Of a stretch of DNA of 64,000 nt, positions 47,171 to 60,809 are shown piece after piece. How positions within the stretch are numbered: the stretch's first letter is position 1; the number at the start of each line of letters is the position of its first letter. Location of the stretch: NCBI GenBank assembly GCA_030141605.1, contig JAQGDQ010000028.1:868001-932000 (forward strand). Reading direction: 5' to 3'. The translations under genes were made by a program, and so were the position numbers. This DNA is from Tubiluchus corallicola. Taxonomy: Eukaryota; Animalia; Priapulida. The notes below the pieces were generated by a model. That model saw nothing but the letters and a program-made list of their open reading frames with translations, had not been told where the DNA came from and did no database searches.

Positions 47171-48775
47171 ATTGCTTCTCTTCATGGATAAAAATAATTG
47201 CTGTGTTTATTTTGATGGATGAATCATGCCTTTTTAGTCCGAAACTTCTTACTAAAAACTGTAACTCAAAACTAGTATCCAACGCTCATAGCAACGCTTA
47301 AGGAAAAATCTATGTTAGTAAAATGGGTATGCCTTAAATATGTTCAAATGTCACCTACGTACTCTCTCAACAAAGTTTAGCGGAAAGAGAAGGCACTTAA
47401 AAATTCGATTTTCAAGTACGATCCCAAAACGTCGTATTAAAATAAAAGCTAAAGCTGTTAATGCGAGTTATAACGTGAGTTGTAATGTGAGTATCTGTTA
47501 GTCATTCTGCCTGCGTGTTGCTGTTCAAACTGTGGCGCGTATCAAAAGTCACCATACACTTTGATTTATAATGTTCTTTTTAATTTTTTCTAATTTCAGC
47601 AAGCTCTTACATGATGTATGTACACTTTTATGTATTTTTTTACTGAAACGCCGTAGCTATGGCGATGACATTAAAGGACAAGAAAAGGGGTACCTGAAGC
47701 AGGTTTCAGGAAAATCGGTTTAAAAATTTATATTACTTTACAGCAATTTTATGCGTGTATCGTACTCGCGTTGAAAGGATTTTTTATTTGTTTTCATTTT
47801 AAATCTCCCACAATACTGTTCCGACGGTGCCATTACATGACGTCGCCTACGCACAGCGTAAATCAGGGGAAGAAAAGTCAGTGTTAAATAATGTTCCAAA
47901 GTTATATTACTTAGCATTTCGCTTACCTGCTTGAAAGACTTACGTAACTAGAAAACAAAATTAATAATTATTCAAAATGTTTTCACCAATTGGAAAATTG
48001 TCGTTGACTTACCTCCAGGGTACACCACTTACTAACCAAAAAACGTATTATTAATCCTTTTGACAAGATACAGTAATTTTAAATTTTAATTAGTTAGTAA
48101 CGTGTGCTCTACGAATGTCCTGAAAACTCAACACAGTGTTATCTAAACTTGTTTCTAATGACTTATCGTCAAAATGTTTGAGTCTAACTGTCATCGCGGG
48201 AGTTTAAATTCATATGTTTTATACAGCGTTACTGCCGACGCAAGCCCTGATGCAAAAAGGCAGTATGTAAGTGGTATAAAATTTTAAGACAAATTTTTTA
48301 AGCTTTATGTAAGTGGAGGGTTTCGTTGTGCTTTAACGTTAAAAAGGCAAAAGCAATGCAAAATCAGCAGGGCATCATGTCGCTCGATCACCAACTGAAA
48401 TTCAGAGCACCATGTGGTGTGAACCACACTATTCTCTCACTATTACGAAGTAGTCTTTCAACAAGAGGTGGTCCCTAAAGAAGGTAGCCAAAAATAGTAG
48501 AACCTACTAATGTAATTAGTTCTTTTCAGATTTTCGAGTAATTGAAAAATCGCTCAAAGCTTTAGCTCATCTGTTCAATTTTTAAACACTTGGCAATTTT
48601 CAAGCCATTTTTTCTTTTTTCTTGTTTCTGTGTGGAGGCGTTGAGTTATCCTGAATTAGAATTGAATGTCCTATACCAGCATTGATCTCATTCAAACTTG
48701 GCACAACTGAATGTAAACTTTGCAAAAAAGTTTTATCACACTCAGTGATTTACTCGATTCCTATTTTTTCATAAG

Positions 48776-48963
48776 GTTTCATCGTGTGTGCCTGGTACAT
48801 TTACCTGACCGTATATTTTGACCTGCTTTGCAATGGAGATGGTGTTTCAATGATTCTTGGATGTCTGATGTATGCAAGCTACATGATATTGTTCATCAAC
48901 TTCTTCCACGAAACGTACGTCATCAAAAGTGCAGATTTCAAAGGAAACTCTCAAAAGAAATAG
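48776..48963 (+). CDS. ELOVL6: ELOVL exon 2 (terminal)
   Basis: Acceptor ttttttcataag, phase 1. GFIVCAWYIYLTVYFDLLCNGDGVSMILGCLMYASYMILFINFFHETYVIKSADFKGNSQKK* carries the MYxSYxxLFxxFF motif. Spliced protein is 307 aa. Confidence 0.92.
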
Positions 48964-49039
48964 TCTGTTAATATTGACGTACAGTAAAAATTAGTGCCTG
49001 TGTGCGTGAGAAGTGGCGTTTCATTATGATGATTCCCAA

Positions 49040-49615
49040 TCATTGAAGCACACAAAGAATATTTTACTCTGCTTTTTATAATTAAATACGGTAACAACAT
49101 CAGCAAACCATTCCAGAATAACAGATTTACCTTTTTTCCAAATCCTATCGTTAATTCCAGAACAAGCAATCTAAAACAAATTAGGACAAATACCCACTAT
49201 GGAACGAACTCTGTAATCAAACAAGCAATTCTACTTTGGAATTCTCTACCATTACAGGTTAAACAAATCAAGTCCCTATCAGCATTTAAAACAAAATTAA
49301 AATCACTAATATTAACCAGATATGAAATACCATCACACCAGTACGACAACATACGCACTAATTCAGAATTCATATATCCACGGCTATATTAATTAAATCA
49401 TAGTTTTTTTCATTTTTTGTGCATAGTTGTAAATATGTTTGATTTTATTCGTCGTTACTTTCCATTACTGCACAGTAGTTTAGATTGCACTGACGCATTT
49501 GCCTTCAGCAGTGTAAGTTTTTATTAACTAACACTGATTGATTATCTCTGTAAAGTTTTTATCAGTGATTATCAATGTATTTTAATGGCAAATAAAGATT
49601 TATATATATATATAT
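49040..49615 (+). mobile_element. 3' end of an L2/Crack-like LINE directly after the ELOVL stop
   Basis: RTNTHYGTNSVIKQAILLWNSLPLQVKQIKSLSAFKTKLKSLI (WNxLP...FKxxLK motif), followed by AATAAA at 49591 and (TA)n. Confidence 0.65.
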
Positions 49616-51149
49616 GATATCAGTTATTATTTCATTCAGTTATTATTCTGTAACAAGTCGTTAAAACAAGCTTAGACTACCCACAATTTGTGATTGTTCA
49701 CTGTAAAAATAAAATTTTATTAATAAAGCTGTTTGTTTTACTGTTATATGGTTTTTGCATGTTATATTCGATTTACACTAACAAACTGAGCTTTCTGTGA
49801 GAAGGGACTCATTCCAGTCCCACATTTACAATTGACTCATACTTAGTTTAGCCTTGGTCCATAATACAAATTTGTGTAATCCCTGCGCAGTATAATTCGT
49901 GGACAGCGAGTCTCTTCTTATACATTCCTCTTTACAAGCACTGACCGGTTTTGTTGGCCAGTTATTGTAATAAGTTAATTATTCTGCTATCAATATAAAA
50001 CGAACCATCCTTGGTTCTTATGGTGTGTTTCAGCGGACGAGTCACGTACTTTCTTGCTGTGTAAAGACTGGACACGATAAAGACCAAAACTTAGACCTCT
50101 ACTGCATAATTTTTTCTTTTATCTGAAAACGTTACACTGATCTAAGTTTTTTGGCATTAAAATCGACGACAATCTACATGATAAGATGCACGCTGTGCAC
50201 GTATTTAGTGACTACCCAAGTCCCGACTTCTTTGTGGATGGAAGCAAATTTAGGCTGGAAACACTCGATAAAAACGTGTTTGAGCGCCATGAATGTGTCA
50301 AACGAGCACGTGCCTTTATAGCTTTAAATAAATTCTCGCACAAAACACTTCCTTGTCTAACTCCGCAGGATTCTACTTAACTCGTCAGCAATCATCGTGG
50401 TGCGAAAATGGAGGTAATTTTAGTTTCCTTCATTTTAACTTTGCAAACCACATACTTGTTGTCGTCTTAGAAGTTTGGCTTTGAAGCGTTGTTGTTGTTG
50501 TTGTTGGCGTCGTCATCGTCGTCGCTTTTAGTGGCGGTGGCAGTATTATTATCATCGCCATCATTTCATCTTTATCATAGTCTTCAACACCACCATCATC
50601 GTTGTCGTCATCATAATCATCATCATTCTAATGCATCTTTGCGGTAGCTCAATCCCGTGCCACAAACGTGCAGTCTCGTGGCCTGGTTACACGCAATCCA
50701 ATCTCAGCTCTTCACACGTTCTCTTATTATCCTTTGTCGAAATGTAACGGCTTACGCCGCTTAAGTTACACCTGAAGTCCAATCTGGCTAACCTTATGCT
50801 GATATTTAAAACAAGGAAGTGCATAGATTAGCACATTTGTTATTGTTCTCTGCCTGAGGAACCCTCAACAGGAGTAGACTATCAGAACTAGGTCATTGCT
50901 AATACCCACGGCTTTTGTCTTTTGTCTTGATAAGAGACCCACAAATGTTCCTCGTCTTACTGCATGAGCTGCGTCGGCTGGGTATTCATTTCGTAAATAA
51001 TGATAAACTGACAAAGCATCACTATTAATTTACTGACTGTTGAAGTAAAAAAAGGTTATCAAATTATTTCAGCATAGTTTAAACCATGGATGTAAACCAA
51101 ATTTTCATTTCCTTAATTGACCCCTCTACAAGCCAAATTGCAGCACTCC

Positions 51150-51380
51150 TATGGTGCGACCAGGACCGATGCCATTATCGAAGATAATTCTCTAAGATGA
51201 AACATTGAGGCACCAGTTGTGTTCTAGCCATGTACGGATGCGAAACATCCTTCCTCAACGCTTGCCAGTACGGCAAATGACACCATACAGAAGCAGTTCT
51301 ATCCAATAGGCACGGCATTGCTTGAGTTTGCCGGGCGCAAGACGCGACCATTGAATTATACTCTTCAACCAAAGACATAA
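51150..51380 (+). mobile_element. Possible highly decayed RTE RT fragment
   Basis: MYGCETSFLN resembles the RTE LYGCETW motif. Little other support. Confidence 0.3.
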
Positions 51381-53480
51381 AGGAAAAACGAAACGGAGTC
51401 TGATTTTTTTTTTTAATTTTTTGTTAACTTGATTAATGCTGTGACATGTGAAACAAGTACGACAGTTGTTAATATGTTTGGTAATATCAGCACGTGATCT
51501 AATTTCAAAACATCACAAGTTTGCGGTTTGAGTGAATATATTCAGTAAACTGACTTGAATATCCGAAGCAAAATGAGTAGGCCTGGGTTCAAATAATCTA
51601 AAATTTTCAATACCCCGAAAATGTTTACTACGAGTAAACGAAACGTAGCTTCTTCTGGTAATAAAAATTTAGATATTATGTGCGGTTTGCCGTTATTTTG
51701 TTTAAAAATGTCGGAAAGTATATTTTCCTTATACAAGTGTCTCTTTTATATATATTATATGCACATTTTAAGTAAAGCTTTATTAGTTCACTGAGATAAA
51801 TATCTGAGCTAAGTTTTGTACCAAATCTGCTCGTTGTTTTGCTTGTATTTCAGTATGATTCGGCATAGTTCCACCATTGATTGTCATGTTGGCACAACAT
51901 CGAATATGAACAATTGTTTACTTAGTTGGTAAAAGTGTTATATTATCTTAGCCTTAGGCTTGTAAACGAATATATTTCCCAATTATCATACAGTATCATT
52001 ATTTGGCAGTGTAAAGGACGCCTTTAGTATCCGTAACGGGCCCTTTTTTCCAGTTCTTGACAGAACGCAAAGAAATTTTTATCGTTTTTAAGGTGATTGG
52101 TAGACCTCAGAACTTGGCTTTCAGTAGATGTAATCATTAGCTGCCACACGTAGGACCCTGCCATTATGCCATACGCTTATTTACCGCTTCCTAAAGTTTA
52201 CAAAATCATATTATTAAACCTTTCGTCCATTTTGGCCGGTATCGGGGACTCTTAAATTATCTATTCAGTGTGTCGCAGCTTCAGTAAGAGTGCCATGGGC
52301 AAGTAGTAAAACAATTAAAGTTTACAGTAGTTCTATCGCCTAATTCCTCAAAACTGTTATAAGCCACGTGCATTCCATTAAATACTCCTTTATGAAACGT
52401 GCCAAAGTGTTAATCTTGCCTCAGATGACACAGTGAGGGCGTGGCCACTGGTCATCAACTGGCCACTTTAATTGTCCATTGTCCAAAAGGCAAGTCATGT
52501 CTGGTAATTTTAAGGGCAGCTATAACCAGCTGGCCACAGTAAATTTGATGATATGTTAAAAGCCTACAGTCCTAAAGAGAAAAAACTGGCTGGCATGCCT
52601 GGCAATTGGATTATTCAAATTAAATTATGAACAGGCTTGAACTTTTTCACAAATAGTTAAAGTGTAATTAATCACGCCTGAAATTTGAACAGAACGTTAA
52701 AAACGATCAGCAATGCTTGTTGTAATCAAAATCATAAATTGTAATAAAGAAAACTTTTTCTAAATGAGGGTAAAAGATATATTGTCTCTATTGGTTTTAA
52801 ACTGTTTTACTGACTTTGTGATGTTATTTCTTTAAATTTTTTATCTTTTAAGCAACATCTCTTATGTGTCTTTTGACTCCTTCCATTTTAACTGTATTCA
52901 CACCTTGTATTCAGCTTTAATGCTGGGTAAAACTTTTTAATTGTAAACCCCGTTATTTATTATTTATTTGTTTATTTTATTTATTTATTTAGATAATAGA
53001 TTCTCTGAATTTTATAGGAAATCATGGCCTATCCTTAAAAAGTTCAAGAGACCCTCCTCTGAACTTTTTTGTAAAACACATGCGTGTTTATTATAAAAGT
53101 ACAAAAAGCAACTTTGTATGTGAGGAGAATGTGAGTTGTATGGCTACTGCTATTATTTCTGCTACTGCTGCAGACGACACTGCTGCTAGTGGCGTCACCG
53201 CTGTAATTTATGACGTTTTCGGGCTAGTCCTAAATTAAAGAAAAAAGAAAGACAAGATTTATTTAAAGTCGCTCGTTTAACACACAACATTAGCACTGAC
53301 GGCTATTTAGCAATTTACAACAATGTAGATAAGGACGCAGCACACAAACAACGAATAACATGTGTCCTGGCAAGCAAGACTGCGTGGTTGCGTCCAAAAT
53401 CTAGACCGGCCACAGAAGATTTGAATAAAAAACTCAAGTTTTTGCATCAGAAGGCAAATGTTTTTATATTATATTGGTGT

Positions 53481-53821
53481 TATTGTATTGTATTGTATTG
53501 TATTGTATTGTATTGTATTGTATTGTATTGTATTGTATTGTATTGTATTGTATTGTATTGTATTGTATTATATTATATTATATTATATTATATTATATTA
53601 TATTATATTATATTATATTATATTATATTATATTATATTATATTATATTATATTATATTATATTATATTATATTATATTATATTATATTATATTATATTA
53701 TATTATATTATATTATATTATATTATATTATATTATATTATATTATATTACATTACATTACATTACATTACATTACATTACATTACATTACATTACATTA
53801 CATTATATTATATTATATTAT
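53481..53821. repeat. Compound pentanucleotide microsatellite (TATTG)n(TATTA)n(CATTA)n
   Basis: Seen directly in sequence. Confidence 0.95.
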
Positions 53822-54289
53822 GTTGGTTATCATCAAAAACTACGCAAGCAAAACGTCAGGAGTTCTGTAAACTAGAGGAGAGGATGTAATGATCATTATG
53901 TCCCCTTTAGGTCTATTGCAGATATTGGGCAAGCAGATTTCTAAATAAAAATAAATCTGCCAGTGTTAAACACTGCAGTAATCCAACAAAAACTAAAGCC
54001 AGTGACTAGTCAGCACCATTTTCGATAGAGGGACTCTAGCCTAGGTGTTTTAATCGCTCAGCGCCATCTAGTATCAACTGAATTTCTATGTTGTGGGTTA
54101 GAGAGATGAGGTGAAAAATATCGAATGGCGAAAGGCGTTCAAGAAAGAGCCAATGTAGGGACCTTCTGAGGTCGTCCGATGAAGAAATTGTCTGTAATCA
54201 GCTTATTCTATTAGTACCAGATAAACCCGCACTCGAAAACATACCAAATTAGGTTACATTTTCTCTATTGAAATTATCTGCAGTAAAAT

Positions 54290-54720
54290 TTAAGTATAAG
54301 CGGCGTACAACGATTTTTGGAAGTATAACATTACAAAAGAAACAGGTATGAACAATAACGTAAACAATAAGCTGCACACTTATTGCAAGTTTAAATCAGT
54401 ATTTAAGCAAGAAAACTATTTACATTTTATTAACAATAAATGTGAAAAAATCATGTTCACGAAGCTGCGAATAAATGCGCATAACTTACATATAGCCAAA
54501 GGACGACACCAATAACCTAAAGTCCCTGTGAATATGAGAATCTGTCAGCATTGTGACAGCCAACAAGAAGAAGACGAAATTCATTTTTTGTTTTATTGTT
54601 CCTTATACAACCGGTTATGACGAACTTTTTTCTGATATAACAGGTATCAATAACAATTTCACTAACTTGAACGATAACGAAAAGCTAAAATTTTTAAGCG
54701 TTTTAAAAAAGGAATAAATA
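54290..54720 (+). mobile_element. RTE-X-like LINE C-terminal fragment
   Basis: NKLHTYCKFKSVFKQENYL...FTKLRINAHNLHIAKGRH*..RICQHC...EDEIHFLFYCSLY, a CCHC-type terminal domain. Confidence 0.8.
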
Positions 54721-55959
54721 GTACTAACATATAAATATTGATAATATTATTTATTATTTTTTCATGATATGCTAACTGTACTATACTAAAATTATGTATA
54801 TTTGTTATTTGTAATGTGTTTTTGGCTACTATAGCTATAATGTAGTAGCATTGTTTTATACTTTCGTACTTTGTCGTTGTTTTGCTGTATGTATGTCATT
54901 GTAATGTAATGTAAATGCCGCTAAAATTCTAAATTCTATTCAAAAAACGTTTGAAAATTAAAAACGTTCATCAAGTTTAAGCTACTACTGTTGACTCATT
55001 TGGTGCTATTCAGTCTAGTTATTAGTTTAAGGGCAAATAAAATTAGAGAGATGCTTAAATTTAATAGCACAAAGAGCTTTAGCTTTATAGCCACTTTACG
55101 AATTGAGAATGAGATAATATTATCTAAAATCATGTACGGGATTTTTAACACATCCACTGAGAGAATCAAGCTAGTTTTCTGTCACTAAGAAGTTCTAAAC
55201 TCCCAGGGTAGTACGAACGAAGATGGGCGATCTTACAAATAATTTGATTTACAGAATTTACTGTAAAATTCAAAAAGACGATTTCAGTAGTATGAGTCAT
55301 TTGTTTTAGACTAATAAATAAGGTAAAAAACACCCAGCATTTAAACAAACAGTATCATTTAAACTGAGTCTAGATATAGAAATATTAAAGTCGCTCCAAT
55401 GTTGAAATTAGCAAATTAAGCCTTGCAAGTTTTTCTCCCAAATCAAACAGAATCTACAGAAACTTCAAATAAAAGGCCCAGACGTAAGGGCAAACAAATT
55501 AGAAGCTTACTAAAATGGGCGATAAAAGCACATACTGTACACTAGGTCCTGTTACCTGCAGTTAGAGTGAGCTTGACTTCCACGTTAAGCAACATCAGGC
55601 CTAGTTATTAAATGGACACGTTATCGCCAAAAACGGCAGTAAGGTGGTTTCAGATCGGCTACCTCTCTCGCTTTGGAGAAGACCTCTAAAGCACCTCTCG
55701 GCCTCACACATTGGTAATCCCGCCACAACCATCAGCATAACAATTAATCCCTGGTTTTCAGTTCAGGGTGCTGGCTTGAGAGAGCGTGTTGAACTTCCTA
55801 AGAGACCATAACATCTACTGACAAGACAAAAGAAGCACTATTATAAACCGTTGTCTGTTTAACACAAGTTATATGGGACAAATAGCAGAAAAGCAATCAT
55901 AAAGAAAAAGCTGGAGAAATAGTTTACAAGGCGGTCAGTGTATTACTAATTCAAAGCAT

Positions 55960-56451
55960 GCCAGCCAGCGGGAAGTATATATATCAACCGCAAAACAAAT
56001 ATAGCGCCTATATTGATTGGCCTAGAACCTAAAGCAAACGATAGATGGAGGGCGGTAACAGAAGAGCAACACCTCTTACATAAATCACAAAGCATACACG
56101 TAAAACCTACATATACTTAGCTGACATAACATAAATGTATATTATTTCATTAGCGTTCGTTTTAAATAATATTTTTGAAGCATTAATTGATTGGATATGC
56201 CTGGAGAAGGCAAAGCGCAGCAACCTCTGAAGGATGGACGAGGTCTTCCGCAAGGAAGCCCAGCATCAGCAACGCTAGCATGTGAAGCCAGCGGTGTATT
56301 TTATTCAGCCATAGTATTCTGATGCGTGCACAATTTTTGCTGTATTCGTACTTCTGTGAGCCGAAAAACAACGCTTGTTCGTCGTAGTCTACTTCGACTT
56401 CGGCTTCCGGTGTTTCTAAAATATTATTAGCTAATCTGATAAACACTACAG
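55960..56451 (+). promoter_or_regulatory. Candidate LDH promoter and non-coding first exon
   Basis: ATTGG at 56016 and 56190, GC-box at 56048, ETS CTTCCGG at 56404, RCGTG sites, and donor CAG|GTGGGT at 56452. The first LDH coding exon has an acceptor upstream of its ATG. Confidence 0.35.
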
Positions 56452-57193
56452 GTGGGTTGACAACTCTTAGTTCTGGTACGTGACTAATCAATGCTAGGCT
56501 GCACTGACTAAAAATAACATTTGTTTTGAATAAGTTTGGAGTTTCTCAGACAGTTATGTACATTAAATTAGTAAGAACAGGACAAATGTTGTAACATGTA
56601 TCGGGACGTGCATAAAGGACAATGAACTCGAGCAATCTTTTTACAAATGTTGCACATTCGAGAATCAATCGTTGACAATGTTACGGTAAGATCGCTGTAA
56701 TGTAAAGTAAGTTGATTTGCATAAATTTAAAACAAAAAGTGGGTAAGTATAGAACTAAAATTTCAATATTTCGTTTGTTAGTTAACAAATCGTTTAATCA
56801 TTATAAAATTAAGCTAATTTTAAAGGAAGAAAAACATGCTTACCACCCTAGCCGATGTAATATGGGTAACAATAATTATGTCAAATAATTGTTAATTTAA
56901 TTAAATGCTTGAAGGTAAAAAGAGGCAAATTATCATCAAACACCGTCGTTGCCACTTTTACCATCATCTCTACTGTTATGCTCATTATCATCGTTGTCGT
57001 TACCGCTTTCGATGTTGTCATCGTCATCATTTTTACCATTATCCTAAACGCTGTCGACACCAACACCTGCTGGGTAAGATATTTGTATCTCGGCATCTGA
57101 CCTTACACTAGTTAGCTGCATAAGTTGCTTTCTTTGCACTGATTGCATCTATACGACTCGTACAGACAAAACAGTAAATATATCATACAGACT

Positions 57194-58098
57194 CATAGGC
57201 GTACGAGGCGGGGGGAGATGGGTCAGAGGGGGGCATTTTCAGGGCGGTAAACTGATTATATTTTAGGGCAAATAACTCTGCATTAAAATTTTATAGACTT
57301 GTTTGCAAAAGGAAAACGTAAGCCTTTAACAATGTTTCTTTTGAATTTCTCAAACGTTAGAAAAAGTATTGTGAGGGAATTTGCATGTTTGTTTCTTGAA
57401 GACCTTTGGCTGATGTCTTGTTAGACTCGTGATTTTTTTAGTAAAGGCTATTATAGTTTGGATTTCTTACATTTATATACTATTACTATTCCAATTCCTA
57501 TGGGGTGCCAGGAGATGATTGGCCCATTCCAAATGCAGAAGAAACCTAACAAAGTAAAAACTGATGAAACTATTTAATTTTGAGTTACTTACTTATTTTA
57601 ATGAACAGAGGCATGATTCGCGTTGGTTTTTCAATGGGAATGGTATCATTACTTTTCTCCATCCGATAATTCCTGATTTCTGACAATAAATAGCGAAAAG
57701 TTGATATTAAAGAAAATACTATAATGATTAACATATTAAAAGGTATGTTTACATTTACGTCTATTTGTGATTACTTATGTGTATATTTAGTTAATTTGAT
57801 TTAATATTTTATTTAGTTAGAATTTATTTATTTAGTATTTAGTTAGTATTTATTTAGTATAGCAAAGCTGTCATTTCCTAACACTCTGTGTGTGTTATGT
57901 TGAATATAAATACGTATAAATATAAACAGCATAAACATATAGACCTATAAGTGTAAATATTTTATTTTTAGACACTTTTGCCAGTTTATATACTACATAA
58001 TTATGCAACCCCTGTTTGTAATTATTTGGAAATCACTAATACTAGGGCAACTTAAAAAAAATGCCCGCCCTGCGAAACTTGCCTTGCGTACGCCTATG
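57194..58098. mobile_element. Non-autonomous DNA transposon (hAT-like MITE)
   Basis: 12-bp TIRs cataggcgtacg and cgtacgcctatg with GC-rich subterminal similarity. The flanking 8-mers tacagact and tctacact match only partly. Confidence 0.6.
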
Positions 58099-59408
58099 TC
58101 TACACTGAAAAAAGTTTGCGCTTTTTACATTACCTACAACACCGCATTCTATCGCTACCTTGGGTTACAAAGTTAACTGCTATAAAATGGGGTCATACAG
58201 AGAGATGAAGTGACAATGTACCGCATCTATGGGAAAATTTCACAAATTTAGCAGCTTATACAGAGAGGTGTAGTGATCATTTCTGAGTTAATGTTAATTG
58301 TTGACTTAAAGACGTTACAAAAAATAGGAGTTGAGCAACCCTCATTTTTGCTCATTTTTGAAGAATGGAGTTGATCTGATAGTCAAGTTAATGCAATACA
58401 TTTAGCAGCCAATACCGGAGGCCTATTTGAACGAAATAATGGGATGTCAATACCTTTTCACAATTATGACTTCCTCGAATTGATCTGTCCCGGATTTTCC
58501 CCATAATTTGGCTAATTTCGAACTATGCAGTTTAACCAAGATCCGTACCACTTACAACATTGCTCTTCTCAAGTTTTTCACATGTTAGGCTTATCATACA
58601 CCTTCTATAATACGTGCAGAAAATAATAGAAAACATTTTAAAGCACTGTTGCGTCACTCTGCCATAGTTTAAGAGCAAGAAAGATTGAATTAACAAATTT
58701 TATCATATTATATATGCCACCAAACTGATGTGCGATTTTATAGTAGAACATTTAGAAGATGGCATGACTTATTGATGTAGTAATCGCCTGCTTTTTAATT
58801 GATGCTTTGTATTTTTAGTTTCTGTATATATTTTTGTAAAAAAAAATTTGTAAATTTGGGTAGCTTTATATATTGCACGACATGTAGAAGGTTTATTGTA
58901 AATTTTCGATTTTTACATGAGATTTTTATGTGCTGAAATAAATTTCAAACAAAATAAATAAATTTACCCATAGTCTGTGGCTAAATGTGCTTCTCCGCCG
59001 TACGAGCATCTTAAAGGTATTTTTATCAGTATTAAAAGCTGAAAACTGAACTTTAACGTGCAAAATTGCTTTACAGAAGAAGTCTACTGCCAACAAGTGG
59101 TGATGGTGTAGTTCTAGTTTTCATTTCAGTAACTTTTTATTGGATAAATTTTAGGACGCATGACAGGCAAATGTTGCTGCGTCACCGATGATTCTTCCTA
59201 CCGCGTCAAGGAATGAATACTATGTCATAGATACTACGTGGAACTTCAAACATTGCTGATAATAACTATCTGGTACTGGTAATTCAGAAAGGGATCATAT
59301 TATCGGAGGAGAAAAACAGGGGGCAAAAATCATTGGCCATTTCTTGGTAAAAATAAAAGAGAGCATCAAAACTGTTACAGGATTTCAGCCCACGAAAACG
59401 CTCCAATT

Positions 59409-59476
59409 TACTGAACCTATTAGGTACATACGTACAGGCGTGTACTGAACCTATTAGGTACATACGTACAGGCGTG
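59409..59476. repeat. Perfect 34-bp tandem duplication
   Basis: tactgaacctattaggtacatacgtacaggcgtg occurs twice. Confidence 0.9.
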
Positions 59477-60079
59477 TAATTTTCCAGGCTGTTTTATTCA
59501 GTTGTGCGGTGTTGTAAAAATATACCGAGACCAGACAACGATTTCAGTCTTCAATTTCAAAGCGCGAGGTTTGCACCGAGCGTAGAAAGCAATATGTCTT
59601 TCTAATACATTGGTTTACAAAGCTTCTGAACGCATTACTGTTACTTTAGACCGCTTTTTTCAAATCCAAGAAAGTTTTTCTGACTTAAGAAGAGAATCGG
59701 AAGTTTCGATGTTTCCAAAAGAAGCCACGTAAAAACTACAAGTGTTGGTTTTCAAAACGTCGACTCTATTGTATGCTTCTTTGGAACACTATTAACTCAA
59801 ACGATTAATACCAGAAACTTATACATTTCATAAAGTTTTCGTGACCAGGGAAACATCTGAGTCGCCATAGCTTGTACTTTGCAAACTGCAGTGAAGTAAT
59901 GCTGAGACTGGTGAGTGGGCGAATGGATGACTGCTGGATTCGAGACTCGCAAACATGGCAAAGATACCTCTATACTACTACTACTACTAACAATAATAAC
60001 AATAAGAATATTAATAATAATGATAATTTCGTTTAAGACATAGTCCAGGCAACCCAGTACTTATTTCCAGTATTTTCCC

Positions 60080-60238
60080 CATTATTACCCGCATGTACTC
60101 GATAAACCCACGTGCTTGGTAAAAGAACTAGCAGTACCGTTTTTAAGTTTTGGTATGAATCGGTCGGGAGTTGAACCCGCTACCTTCCGAGTGTGAAACA
60201 GCACGCTACCATCGACCTCCTAGGATTGAGCTACCAAC
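60080..60238 (-). mobile_element. tRNA-derived SINE
   Basis: Minus strand shows an A-box-like tggtagc and B-box ggttcaactcc, then cataccaaaacttaaaaacggtactgc, which from memory resembles the Meta/MESC SINE core. Confidence 0.65.
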
Positions 60239-60659
60239 AATCTCTGCCAGTTCATCGCCTTATCTTAGAGAATTAATCTTGACAAGAAGCCAGATTTAGA
60301 TTCCGCCGCAATAATCCACATTTAAAAGTTCAAAAAACAAGTTTTATACTTAGTTTCATTTACACCATGTTGACAGACTGCCTTGTGCAGAAACAGGCAA
60401 AAAATCAGAGGCATTACTATGCAGATAAATTATAGCCTTACTACGTAGTAAGGCTTAAATTAATTCTGGATAAAATATTATAAGTTGTAAGTTGTACCTC
60501 AAGATCACATTACTGCAGTAATTAATTTGCTGCTCAGATTATGTTAAACCAGGTGTATGTATGTAGTCTTGTTTTATTGACTTTAGACCTAAGCTATTAT
60601 AATAGTCGTTGACTTTGCATATATGTTTGTTTCTGTTATAGCCATTTAACTATTCAACC

Positions 60660-60809
60660 ATGATGGATCCAAGTGATGAACTAGTGAGTAATATGAAGGA
60701 GAAGCTGATGACAACGATCTCCAGTAGAAAAGAGGTGCCACACGCAAAAATTACTGTGGTAGGCGTGGGACAGGTGGGGATGGCATGCGCATTCAGTATT
60801 ATGCTACAG
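60660..60809 (+). CDS. LDH: L-lactate dehydrogenase, coding exon 1
   Basis: MMDPSDELVSNMKEKLM...KITVVGVGQVGMACAFSIMLQ contains the GxGxxG Rossmann motif. Donor CAG|GTAAGT. Confidence 0.95.

Noticed and set aside
47671-48336. Possible TTAA-flanked Kolobok-like MITE
   Set aside because: Terminal inverted match is too short and degenerate to support.
60140-60238. Possible tRNA gene
   Set aside because: No complete cloverleaf; the B-box is followed by a SINE core.
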